From positions 11,306 to 75,305 of the forward strand of contig JAKJBW010000006.1 in assembly GCA_022706785.1 (NCBI GenBank): a DNA stretch of 64,000 bases. The letters are read 5' to 3'. The notes under the pieces are model-generated. The model had not been told where the DNA came from, did no database searches, and worked only from the letters and a program-made list of their open reading frames with translations. Shown piece after piece: positions 56,005-64,000 of this stretch. Each line of letters starts with the position of its first letter. The first letter of the stretch is position 1. The DNA is from Bacillota bacterium. GTDB lineage: Bacteria; Bacillota; Clostridia; UBA1381; UMGS1253. Position numbers and translations under genes: made by a program.

Positions 56005-57843
56005 ATGATTAACGGAGTTTGGGGTTGGTATCAGATACTGGCGGTTTTGGCCGTTCTGCTGTTGCTGTGTATACTGATTGGGATTATAAGCTATTTTCGT
56101 AAAAAAGCCGGCATAGAAAAACAGCTGTATGAAAAGATATTTAACAGCTGTAAGGAGCCGTGCAATATCAATCAGACGATAGGCGGCATTTTTAGGCTGA
56201 TGTCCGCCAAGATAAAGGCAAACGAGTACGGTTTTTATTTATTGGACGGCAAAAACGGCCAGTTTGTGCTTAAGTCTATCCACTATAAAAACGAAAGTGA
56301 CGATAATCTTAATTTGTCTTATTCGGGGTTGATCCCGCATAAGGATATCAAATATGTTTTTCCTGTGGCGCTTGGCCCCGCGGATATTGCAAAAGATGTG
56401 GGTGTCTTAAATGAGGCAAAGACCAAGATAGCGTATGTGCGCATACGTGGCGGCAAGGCGCTTATCCAGCTGGTGGTAGGCAGCAGCTTCAAAATGGATA
56501 AAAACACGGCCGCAGCGCTGAAAAACGTGTCTGAAAGACTGGAGTCCGTTATCCAGTGCCTTATTGAAGCCGAAATTAAAAACACCAAGGCCAAGATTTT
56601 GGAAACCTCCCAGCAGGCTACCAAGAGCATAACAAGTATGATAAGCGGTGACGGTATCCTTAAAATGGCGGTGAGCATGTTTACCAAGACCATCAACGCC
56701 AAGGGCGGATTTTTCCTCAAGCGGGGCGAGGACGGTTATGAGCTGGAGGTAAATACAGGGTTTTCCAAGGAAACGGGCGTCATGTTCAAATACGATGCCG
56801 AGCTGCACGGTTTTCTCTACGATTTTCTGGGCAGTAAAAAGCTTGCTACGCTGAATGTCAACGACAGCAACTTTTCCATCATGCCAATATACTTAATCGC
56901 CGAAGGCGTAAAGCAGATACTGCTGTTTAGGATCGATTATGCGGATAATGTGGGTATTGCGGGTTTTTGGTACGATCAGCCGTATGAAATAGATGAATAC
57001 CAAACCGTGTCGCTGCTGTTGATGTTTTCAAAAATATCTGACGTTTTCGGCAAAACCAAGCAGCTTTCACGCAGCTGTGCCGACAACATCGAGACCTTAA
57101 AGCTCATATCCACGCTGGTTGACGATTTAAGCCCCTACACCGTCGGCTTTTCAAGCCTGATGCAGAAGTATGCCACACTGATTGCAGAGCACATGCGGCT
57201 TCCGAAAGAAGAGGTTGACGAGATCGCGCTGGCGGCGTTTTTAAGCAATATCGGTATTGCAGCGCTTTCATATGACGTTTTCCTTAAGAAGGGCAAATAC
57301 ACTGAATTTGATTATGAAATCATAAAGCTTCACTCCGAGGTAGGCGCGGATATTATTGAGTCGCTCCAGGGGCAGAGCCGGGCGGCGGATATGGTGCGCT
57401 ACCATCACGAGCGCATAGACGGCTGCGGATACCCTTATGGACTAAAAGGTGACGATATCCCCATCGGTGCAAAGATTTTGGCGGTGGCGCAGTTCTTTAT
57501 CGCAAAAATATCGCCAAGGAATTTCCGGGACGCCAGTACATACGATGAGGCCTTGGCAGCCATAGAAAGCGCGGCGGGCACCCAGCTGGACAAAGACGTG
57601 GTCGACAATTTCCTGAGCTGTGTTGCAAACATAAGAAATGAGCACAAATATGATGATGGTTCCTTAGACTACTGCTGGAATATGCGTTTTGTGTCCAGTG
57701 AGCTTTGCAACAAGTGTCCCGTTAAGGTGCGTACCGACAGGAAATGCTGGGAGAGTTCCGCGACGCTGTGTGTGGCGCACGGAAACAAGTGTGAAACGTG
57801 TTTTATTTATACCGAGTATCAGGGAAGAATGAACAAGAATTGA
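56005..57843 (+). CDS. Membrane-anchored GAF-like / HD-GYP protein with C-terminal Cys-rich 'two-CW'-like domain
   Basis: One N-terminal TM (WYQILAVLAVLLLLCILIGIISYF), two GAF-like regions, HD-GYP motifs (HSEVGADII, HHERIDGCGYPYGL), and the tail YCWNMRFVSSELCNKCPV...RKCWESSATLCVAHGNKCETCFIY. The start is ATG 56005 (AGGGGGGA RBS); the alternative is 55981. Confidence 0.8.
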   Translation: MINGVWGWYQILAVLAVLLLLCILIGIISYFRKKAGIEKQLYEKIFNSCKEPCNINQTIGGIFRLMSAKIKANEYGFYLLDGKNGQFVLKSIHYKNESDDNLNLSYSGLIPHKDIKYVFPVALGPADIAKDVGVLNEAKTKIAYVRIRGGKALIQLVVGSSFKMDKNTAAALKNVSERLESVIQCLIEAEIKNTKAKILETSQQATKSITSMISGDGILKMAVSMFTKTINAKGGFFLKRGEDGYELEVNTGFSKETGVMFKYDAELHGFLYDFLGSKKLATLNVNDSNFSIMPIYLIAEGVKQILLFRIDYADNVGIAGFWYDQPYEIDEYQTVSLLLMFSKISDVFGKTKQLSRSCADNIETLKLISTLVDDLSPYTVGFSSLMQKYATLIAEHMRLPKEEVDEIALAAFLSNIGIAALSYDVFLKKGKYTEFDYEIIKLHSEVGADIIESLQGQSRAADMVRYHHERIDGCGYPYGLKGDDIPIGAKILAVAQFFIAKISPRNFRDASTYDEALAAIESAAGTQLDKDVVDNFLSCVANIRNEHKYDDGSLDYCWNMRFVSSELCNKCPVKVRTDRKCWESSATLCVAHGNKCETCFIYTEYQGRMNKN

Positions 57844-57853
57844 GGTATTTTAT

Positions 57854-58633
57854 TTGCGCAGAGAAAACCGACTGCATGGAATTAAAAATTTTACTGTTTA
57901 CTATGGATACGGCAAAGAAGACCAGCTGGCAAGCTATGACCTTTTGGTTTTGGAGCCTAAGGCACGCATGCCGCAGGATATTTATGCGCTTAAACGTACA
58001 GGCAGCACAGTTGTCGCGTATTTAAGCGCGGTGGAGGTAAGCAGCGACGACGAGCTTTTTAGCGCGCTTGGCGAAGAAGACATCCTGCGTTCTAAAGACG
58101 ATCCTCTTATCAACAAGGAATACGGCACACATTATATGGATATTGCTTCGCCCAAGGTGCAGAATCTGCTGCTCTATCGTGTGGAGGATATTTTGAAAAG
58201 CGGCTATGACGGCATTTTCCTCGACACACTCGACGATATTGAATATTTAAATATTTCCCGGGAAAAGCAAAAGGCTATGCTTGCGGGCGCAGGCCGGGTC
58301 GCCAAGGAAATCAGGCGGCTGTTTGCCGATTCGGTTTTAGTGCAGAACAATGGCCTTTTGCAGGTATGTGACTATACTCATGCTTATATAGACGCCATAT
58401 GCTTTGAGAACCCACCGTATAAAACCTGGGGCGGCCTTGTTTGGACAGCAAGCGCCCTTGCCAGGGCAGGACGGCTGCGCAGGGATTTTGGCATACAGCT
58501 TTTGTTGCTGCATGGGCTTTGTGCAAATGATAACAATGTCAAAAACCGTATTTCCCGTTATGTGCTGAAGCATTTTGCAAAGCTCAGGGGCTATTTGTAC
58601 TATGAAACCGGCAGTCATTATAATCGCATCTGA
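57854..58633 (+). CDS. GH114 / TM1410-family TIM-barrel glycoside hydrolase-like protein (PelA-hydrolase/endo-alpha-1,4-polygalactosaminidase-like)
   Basis: SYDLLVLEP...TVVAYLSAVEV...GYDGIFLDTLDDIEY matches the family pattern (DLVVID..AYLSxGE..GFDGVxLDxVD). TTG start. No signal peptide is visible. Confidence 0.65.
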   Translation: MRRENRLHGIKNFTVYYGYGKEDQLASYDLLVLEPKARMPQDIYALKRTGSTVVAYLSAVEVSSDDELFSALGEEDILRSKDDPLINKEYGTHYMDIASPKVQNLLLYRVEDILKSGYDGIFLDTLDDIEYLNISREKQKAMLAGAGRVAKEIRRLFADSVLVQNNGLLQVCDYTHAYIDAICFENPPYKTWGGLVWTASALARAGRLRRDFGIQLLLLHGLCANDNNVKNRISRYVLKHFAKLRGYLYYETGSHYNRI

Positions 58634-58650
58634 TTTTCAAACAAAGCAAA

Positions 58651-58691
58651 AGAAGCCGAAACGCTTGTGCGGGCGTACGGCTCCTTTTCTT
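58651..58691 (+). terminator. Intrinsic terminator closing the 42.6-58.6 kb gene run
   Basis: AGAAGCCG...CGGCTCCT stem with an inner ACGC/GCGT helix, followed by TTTTCTT. Confidence 0.5.
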
Positions 58692-58996
58692 GGTTGTACC
58701 CGGCACTGACGGTGAGGTAATCGCTTATGGAAAAGGTGTTTTTCGATATTTCGGTTGCGGTGCGGCGCCGGTTGTGATAAAATGAAAAACAATCCGGAAT
58801 ATGTGATACTGTTCCCAAATAAAATCATAGGCTAAAACTTGTCTTTTTTCCGTCTGACTGCGTCAAAGAACCATCGGCAATAAACAAATTATTGCCGAGA
58901 ACTTTTTTCTTGTCATATAAAAAAATCCGGCGTTTTATTTGTCTATTCTTTTATTTAGGAACAGTATAATATATCAGAAAATGTGGGTAAATATAA

Positions 58997-60052
58997 ATGG
59001 ATACTGAATATATCCGGCTTGACGGCCGAAATATTGATATTACGCTTGCGCACAAAGCGGGGGCGACCTTGCGAAACGGCGGAACCGTCGCGTTCCCCAC
59101 AGAAACTGTATATGGCTTGGGCGCAAATGCGCTGGACCCTGATGCGGTGAAGAAAATTTTTGCCGCCAAGGGCAGACCGGCTGATAATCCTTTGATAGTC
59201 CATGTAGCAGACGCTTCAGATGTTGTCCCTTTGGTGAAAGAGATTCCCGAACCGGCAAGGCTGGTGATGGCGAATTTCTGGCCAGGTCCTATCAGCATCA
59301 TTCTTCAAAAGTCCGGCCTTATCCCTGACATCGTAAGCGCAGGGCTGCCCACGGTTGCACTGCGTCAGCCCTCGCATCCGGTTGCGGCGGCGATTATCAG
59401 AGCGTCCGGCGTTCCGGTTGCAGCACCGTCGGCAAACCTTTCCGCAAGGCCGTCGCCAACCTGTGCGCAGCATGTCCGTCAGGATCTGGACGGCAAGATT
59501 GATATGATGGTAGACGGCGGCATATGCAGTGTGGGGCTTGAGTCCACGGTGCTGGATCTTTCGGGTGATGTCCCGGCCATCCTGCGTCCCGGCGGCGTTA
59601 CGCCGCAGATGCTGAGGCCGTTGATCGGCGAAGTGGCGCATTCGCTCGGCAAGACGGATACGGACTGTGCGCCCAAATGTCCGGGTATGAAGTACCGCCA
59701 TTATTCCCCCAAGGCACAGGTCTGCTTGGTGGAATGCGGCAGTGGGAGAGCAGCGTGCGTGGAAAACATTTCCAAAGAAATTGCCCGCCTTTGCGCCGAA
59801 AGCAAGCGAGAGGGAAAACGCGTCGGTGTTTTGACATGCGCAGGAGAAGGCAGCGGGGCGCCTGCCGATATATTTATAGCATGCGGCGAAACGCCGGGCG
59901 AATACGCCGCCAATATGTTTGCCGCCCTGCGCCAGTTTGATGAGCAGCAAGCGGATATTATATACGCTGCCCTGCCCTTTGACGATGAATTTTCCGCCGC
60001 TATCCGAAACAGGCTCTACAAAGCGGCGGGTGGCAGAGTCGTTAAAGTATGA
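58997..60052 (+). CDS. tsaC: L-threonylcarbamoyladenylate synthase (Sua5/YwlC type, with C-terminal Sua5 domain)
   Basis: GGTVAFPTETVYGLGANA, KGRPADNPLIVH, SANLSARPSPT. 351 aa. Confidence 0.9.
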   Translation: MDTEYIRLDGRNIDITLAHKAGATLRNGGTVAFPTETVYGLGANALDPDAVKKIFAAKGRPADNPLIVHVADASDVVPLVKEIPEPARLVMANFWPGPISIILQKSGLIPDIVSAGLPTVALRQPSHPVAAAIIRASGVPVAAPSANLSARPSPTCAQHVRQDLDGKIDMMVDGGICSVGLESTVLDLSGDVPAILRPGGVTPQMLRPLIGEVAHSLGKTDTDCAPKCPGMKYRHYSPKAQVCLVECGSGRAACVENISKEIARLCAESKREGKRVGVLTCAGEGSGAPADIFIACGETPGEYAANMFAALRQFDEQQADIIYAALPFDDEFSAAIRNRLYKAAGGRVVKV

Positions 60053-60099
60053 CGGCGCTTTTGGTTCAGATACACGATATTAAAACTGTGGTGATGTGA

Positions 60100-60549
60100 A
60101 TGAAGGTGCTCTTTGTATGCACAGGCAATACCTGCCGCTCGCCAATGGCGGAAGGGATTTTGAAGGTTTTGGCAAAGGACGCACGTGATATACAGGTCAT
60201 ATCGGGCGGGCTTTTTACGCAAGGCAGCGCGCCCGCAAGCGCACATGCGGTTACCGCAGCGGGCGAGTTGGGCGCTGATATTTCGCCGCACAGGTCCGCA
60301 AGCATAAACCCGGATGTTATCAGGGGGGCGGACCTCATCCTTGCCATGACGCAGGCGCATAAGCGCGCTTTAATTGACGTTTTGGGTGCGGACGCCGGCA
60401 AAACCTATACGGTTATGGAATATGCGGGGGTGTGCGGTGATGTGGCCGACCCTTACGGTGGGGATCTGGAAGCCTATCGGGCGTGCGCATTACAGCTTTA
60501 TGAGGCGCTTTGCGCAGTTTATAAGAAGATATGCGGTGAGGGCTCATGA
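60100..60549 (+). CDS. ywlE: Low-molecular-weight protein phosphatase (YwlE-like arginine/tyrosine phosphatase)
   Basis: P-loop VLFVCTGNTCRSPMAEG and a DP motif (VADPYGG). Confidence 0.85.
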   Translation: MKVLFVCTGNTCRSPMAEGILKVLAKDARDIQVISGGLFTQGSAPASAHAVTAAGELGADISPHRSASINPDVIRGADLILAMTQAHKRALIDVLGADAGKTYTVMEYAGVCGDVADPYGGDLEAYRACALQLYEALCAVYKKICGEGS

Positions 60550-60986
60550 AACCTTTGATAGAAAACATGAACGCAGCGCATCTTGAGCAGGTTGCCGCGC
60601 TTGAGCGGCAGTGTTTCACCATGCCGTGGCCGCTGCGGTCTTTCCAGGAAGAGATGTCCAACACCCTTGCGCGTTACTATGTGATGCTGATGGGTGATGA
60701 GGTTATCGCATACGGCGGGTTTTGGCATGTTTTAAGCGAGGCGCATATCACAAACATAGCGGTCAGGCCCGAATATCAGGGCATGGGGTATGGAAGCATG
60801 CTTTTGGCGCATATGATAAATCAGGCACACGGTATGGGCATAGGCTGGATGACGCTTGAGGTGCGCGCTTCCAACACAGCGGCAAAGAAGCTGTATTCCA
60901 AACACGGGTTTTCAGAGGCGGGCAGACGGCCACGTTACTATGCCGATAACTGTGAGGATGCTGTTATCATGACAAAAGAATGGTGA
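60546..60986 (+). CDS. rimI: Ribosomal-protein-alanine N-acetyltransferase
   Basis: GNAT fold (ITNIAVRPEYQGMGYGSMLL) with the typical RimI N-terminus (LERQCFTMPWP). Adjacent to tsaD and overlaps the upstream stop with ATGA. Confidence 0.85.
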   Translation: MKPLIENMNAAHLEQVAALERQCFTMPWPLRSFQEEMSNTLARYYVMLMGDEVIAYGGFWHVLSEAHITNIAVRPEYQGMGYGSMLLAHMINQAHGMGIGWMTLEVRASNTAAKKLYSKHGFSEAGRRPRYYADNCEDAVIMTKEW

Positions 60987-60992
60987 TTTGGG

Positions 60993-62015
60993 TTGGATAA
61001 TTCAAAAGATAAGACGCTGATACTTGGCATTGAAAGCTCGTGTGATGAAACGGCGGCGGCTGTGGTGGAAAACGGCTGCCAGGTGCTTTCCAATGTGATC
61101 AATTCCCAGATAGAGCTGCACAAGCGATACGGCGGAGTAGTACCCGAGCTTGCATCGCGGTGCCATATAGAAGTGATTGACGATGTGATAGACGAGGCGC
61201 TGGCACAGGCGAATACTACCTTAGACGAAATTGACGCCATTGCCGTAACAAACGGTCCGGGACTTGTGGGTGCGCTGTTGGTAGGTGTGTCGGCGGCCAA
61301 AGCGCTTGCGTTTGCGCTAAAAAAACCTTTGCTGGCCGTCCATCATATCCGTGCCCACATTATGGCAAATTTGATCGCGCACCATACGCTAAAACCACCG
61401 TTTGTGTGCCTGGTAGCGTCGGGCGGGCACAGCCACATCGTGCTTGTAAAAAGCATATCTGACTTTGAGGTAGTAGGCAGGACGTGTGACGACGCGGCTG
61501 GAGAGGCATACGACAAAGTGGCGAGGGTGTTGGGATTGGGGTATCCCGGCGGGCCGCTGATAGATACGCTTGCAAAACAGGGCAATGCCGAAGCCGTGCA
61601 TTTTCCCCGCGTAAAAATGCCATGTGAGCTGGATTTTAGCTTCAGCGGTGTGAAAACGGCAGTGATCAATTATATACACAAGCTGGAGCAGGCGGGCATT
61701 TCGTATAACAAAGCGGATATTGCCGCCAGCTTTCAGGCCGCTGTGGTTTCAGTGCTTTGCGAGAAAACCATGCGGGCCGCTCAAAGGTACGATATGAAAA
61801 AGGTCGCGCTGGCAGGGGGAGTCGCCGCCAATTCGGCTTTGCGCAGCGCTTTTGAATCGGAGTGTGCAAAAAGGGGTCTTTCATTTTTCGTGCCGCCACC
61901 CCAGCTTTGCACCGACAATGCGGCTATGGTTGCCTGCGTGGGATATTATGCGTACAAAGCAGGCTGTTTTGCTGATATGACTCTGAACGCGCAGGCCAGT
62001 CTGGACATAGGCTAG
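60993..62015 (+). CDS. tsaD: tRNA N6-adenosine threonylcarbamoyltransferase
   Basis: [41 protein letters not shown]. Confidence 0.95.
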   Translation: MDNSKDKTLILGIESSCDETAAAVVENGCQVLSNVINSQIELHKRYGGVVPELASRCHIEVIDDVIDEALAQANTTLDEIDAIAVTNGPGLVGALLVGVSAAKALAFALKKPLLAVHHIRAHIMANLIAHHTLKPPFVCLVASGGHSHIVLVKSISDFEVVGRTCDDAAGEAYDKVARVLGLGYPGGPLIDTLAKQGNAEAVHFPRVKMPCELDFSFSGVKTAVINYIHKLEQAGISYNKADIAASFQAAVVSVLCEKTMRAAQRYDMKKVALAGGVAANSALRSAFESECAKRGLSFFVPPPQLCTDNAAMVACVGYYAYKAGCFADMTLNAQASLDIG

Positions 62016-62044
62016 CGCGCGGTGGGGCGGCAAAGATTATTGTA

Positions 62045-62073
62045 TTGCAATACTTATGCTTTGATGTTATAAT
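62045..62073 (+). promoter_or_regulatory. Near-consensus sigma-A promoter (TTGCAA-17 nt-TGtTATAAT) driving the darA leader
   Basis: TTGCAA tacttatgctttgatgt TATAAT. The predicted start is near 62080, about 28 nt before element copy B and about 232 nt before the darA ATG. Confidence 0.6.
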
Positions 62074-62107
62074 GTAACAAGAACGTAAAGAATCTGTAAA
62101 CTTGATT

Positions 62108-62265
62108 ATTGCTTCCCCGATCAAATATTGCCGAAAAATCAACGAGGGATTTTGCCGGCAGGCAAGGCCGGGGACGCAGCTTTGTTGGCGTAAAGCAAGG
62201 ATGACAACGGGGCATAACGGTAAAATAACCGTTCAGGCGAGGGAATATTTAATTGGAGGAGCAAT
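62108..62265 (+). repeat. 158-nt structured intergenic element, copy B (in the darA 5' leader)
   Basis: See copy A. The terminal arms ATTGCTTCCCCGATCAAATATT and AATATTTAATTGGAGGAGCAAT pair. The central hairpin is GCTTTGT-TGGC-GTAAAGC. Confidence 0.7.
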
Positions 62266-62311
62266 AAATATAAAGCAGGACATTTTAAGCTAACCGGGGA
62301 GGGTTTGCGGT

Positions 62312-62641
62312 ATGAAGCTGATTTTTGCAATAGTTCATGATGAAGACGGGAATAAGGTAATGAGTGAGTTGAATAAACAGGGCTTCAGTGTGACAAAGCT
62401 TGCTACAACGGGAGGATTTTTGAAGGCGGGGAATATGACGCTGCTTGTGGGGACAAGTGAGCAAAACGTTCAGACGGTGGTGGATATTATAAAATCCAAG
62501 AGCGAAACCAGAAAGCAGATCATATCGACACCTGTGCCCATGTCCGGGCTGGGCAGCGGGTATACGCCGTACCCGGTCGAGGTGGAGGTCGGCGGCGCTA
62601 CCATTTTTGTTATTGATGTGGAAAGGTTTGAAAAGGTATAA
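62312..62641 (+). CDS. darA: Cyclic-di-AMP receptor protein DarA (PstA/YaaQ, PII-like)
   Basis: MKLIFAIVHDEDG...TKLATTGGFLKAGNMTLL...YPVEVEVGGATIFV closely follows B. subtilis YaaQ/DarA. Conserved darA-holB-yaaT order. Confidence 0.9.
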   Translation: MKLIFAIVHDEDGNKVMSELNKQGFSVTKLATTGGFLKAGNMTLLVGTSEQNVQTVVDIIKSKSETRKQIISTPVPMSGLGSGYTPYPVEVEVGGATIFVIDVERFEKV

Positions 62642-63657
62642 TGCAAAGGACGCATACCTGCTCTGGCGAGCCTGTTTTAAGCTTGCTTGCGCAGGGCATC
62701 AAAAGAGGCGCTGTATCGCATGCGTATTTGTTTACGGGCGAGGCAGGCACAGGGAAAAGAAAGATGGCATTTTGGTTGGCACAGGCTTTGTTATGCTTGG
62801 ATCAGACGCAGGCGCCGTGCGGCAGGTGTGAACAGTGCATCCGCGCGGAGTCCGGCAACAACCCGGATCTGAACCGCTTTGCCCTTACAGATTTGTCATC
62901 CAAAAAGAGCATAGGTGCAGACGATATCCGTGCTGTGATTGCCGATGCATATATCAAACCGTTTGGAGCACGCTACAAGGTGTATATTATAGAGGACGGC
63001 GATGCGCTGACGCCTGCCGCGCAAAATGCTATGCTCAAGATTTTGGAGGAGCCGCCGTCATATGTGGTGTTCATTATCTGCAGTACCAATGCGGATTCGC
63101 TGCTTCCTACCGTGGTGTCGCGCAGCAGAGTGGTGCGTTTTGCCGCGTGCGGAGGCGCGGATATAGACCGGTATGTGGCGCAAAGCTATCCGGCGCTTGC
63201 ACACATGTCAGGCTTTATCGCGGCATATTCGCAAGGCAGCCCCCAGCGCGCCGATGCGCTGTGCCGCAACAGTGCGCTGCTTGATCTGCGATCCGAGGTG
63301 TGTGGTTGGCTGTGCGAGCTTTTAGTGGGCGGCGATGAAAAAAGGGTATTTGAGCTTGCCCAGCTTTTTGACAGACTAAAAAAGGACAAGGATATGCCGG
63401 ACCTTACAGACGTCGCGTTTGACCTGATGTTTACACAGCTTGGCGACATGCTTAAGCTCAAAAAAGGGATAGGCGCCTGTCTGATCAATCCTGACCTTGC
63501 GGACACGCTGCGGTGTGCGGCAAAGCGCGTAAGTGAAAAAAAAATCGTATATGCCCAAAGCCGTTTGATGGCAGCAGAGCAGATGCTTCGGCGGGCCGTC
63601 AATCTGAGGGCCTTGATGTTGAATTTTGTCATCAATGTCTGGCATTTTAGTGACTGA
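62641..63657 (+). CDS. holB: DNA polymerase III delta' subunit
   Basis: HAYLFTGEAGTGKRKMA (Walker-like), the C-x-x-C zinc module (CGRCEQC), and LKILEEPP. The start overlaps the darA stop (TAATG). Confidence 0.85.
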   Translation: MQRTHTCSGEPVLSLLAQGIKRGAVSHAYLFTGEAGTGKRKMAFWLAQALLCLDQTQAPCGRCEQCIRAESGNNPDLNRFALTDLSSKKSIGADDIRAVIADAYIKPFGARYKVYIIEDGDALTPAAQNAMLKILEEPPSYVVFIICSTNADSLLPTVVSRSRVVRFAACGGADIDRYVAQSYPALAHMSGFIAAYSQGSPQRADALCRNSALLDLRSEVCGWLCELLVGGDEKRVFELAQLFDRLKKDKDMPDLTDVAFDLMFTQLGDMLKLKKGIGACLINPDLADTLRCAAKRVSEKKIVYAQSRLMAAEQMLRRAVNLRALMLNFVINVWHFSD

Positions 63658-63742
63658 AAGAAATTGATGTCTTGAGGCGGTTAAGGGTTATTTGCCGCTT
63701 TTGTTATGACTGATTTTATATATTAAAGAAAAGGAGATTTTT

Positions 63743-64000
63743 ATGGCGCAAATAGTTGGTGTACGCTTCAAAAGCGTAGGCAAAATATATTACTTTGATC
63801 CCGACGGACTCGATATCTGCCCAAACATACATGTGATTGTGGAAACGGCGCGCGGTGTGGAGATGGGCGAAGCGGTGATAGGCCGGCGTGAGGTGGATGA
63901 AAGAGAGGTTGTGCAACCGCTTAAAAAGGTGATTCGCATTGCCACTGATGAAGATTTCGGGCAGGAGCAGGCAAACCGCGCAAAGGAGAAAGAGGCCTTT
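63743..64000 (+). CDS. ricT: PSP1-domain protein RicT/YaaT (stage 0 sporulation family), N-terminal part
   Basis: My translation from ATG 63743 (AAGGAG RBS) gives MAQIVGVRFKSVGKIYYFDPDGLDICPNIHVIVETARGVEMGEAV..., typical of the YaaT/PSP1 N-terminus. The frame is open to the window end. Confidence 0.8.
   Translation, partial: MAQIVGVRFKSVGKIYYFDPDGLDICPNIHVIVETARGVEMGEAVIGRREVDEREVVQPLKKVIRIATDEDFGQEQANRAKEKEAF

Noticed and set aside
1-64000. I searched the whole window for mobile elements, prophage genes, toxin-antitoxin pairs, restriction-modification or other defence systems, CRISPR arrays and rRNA.
   Set aside because: No transposase, integrase, phage structural, Cas, methyltransferase/endonuclease or rRNA-like sequences were recognisable in any frame. 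The accessory content appears to be envelope and signalling genes rather than mobile DNA.

Overview
The window reads as a chromosomal segment of a spore-forming, SLH-bearing Clostridia-class Firmicute (Bacillota) with roughly balanced GC content. All calls come from reading the ORF translations and the DNA by eye; no searches were run. About half of it is conserved housekeeping in classic Firmicute synteny: htpG; tlp; yybS-gdpP-rplI-dnaB; tilS-hpt-ftsH; comEC-holA; aroF; tRNA-Val; tsaC-ywlE-rimI-tsaD; and darA-holB-ricT. The rest is accessory cell-envelope and signalling content. It includes SLH-anchored glycan-active enzymes (605-5790) and a 1034-aa choice-of-anchor-A/SdrD-B/NHL surface protein (8742-11846). 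It also includes an MFS / polytopic membrane protein / MFS trio (22877-27836). The most unusual part is a 37.4-58.6 kb block dense in c-di-GMP turnover domains and polysaccharide or glycosylation genes. That block holds two tandem GT2 paralogs, an orphan AgrCA-like LytTR two-component system and a DivIVA-GGDEF(degenerate)-EAL protein. It also holds an EamA-like 4-TM protein, DUF2304, a PelF-like DUF3492/GT4 with a TPR tail and two more DivIVA-motif coiled-coil proteins. Finally it holds a 12-TM protein, two paralogous ~650-700 aa polytopic proteins, a GAF-HD-GYP with a Cys-rich 'two-CW'-like tail, and a GH114/TM1410-like hydrolase. I read this block as a divergent, previously uncharacterised Pel-like exopolysaccharide or glycosylation system with a DivIVA-type scaffold. 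This is inference and needs HMM, structure and genetic tests. A second notable signal is a 158-nt structured intergenic element. Two ~85% identical copies sit upstream of an MFS gene and of darA, and one diverged inverted copy sits between the convergent holA and aroF genes. I found no CRISPR array, IS element, prophage or rRNA.
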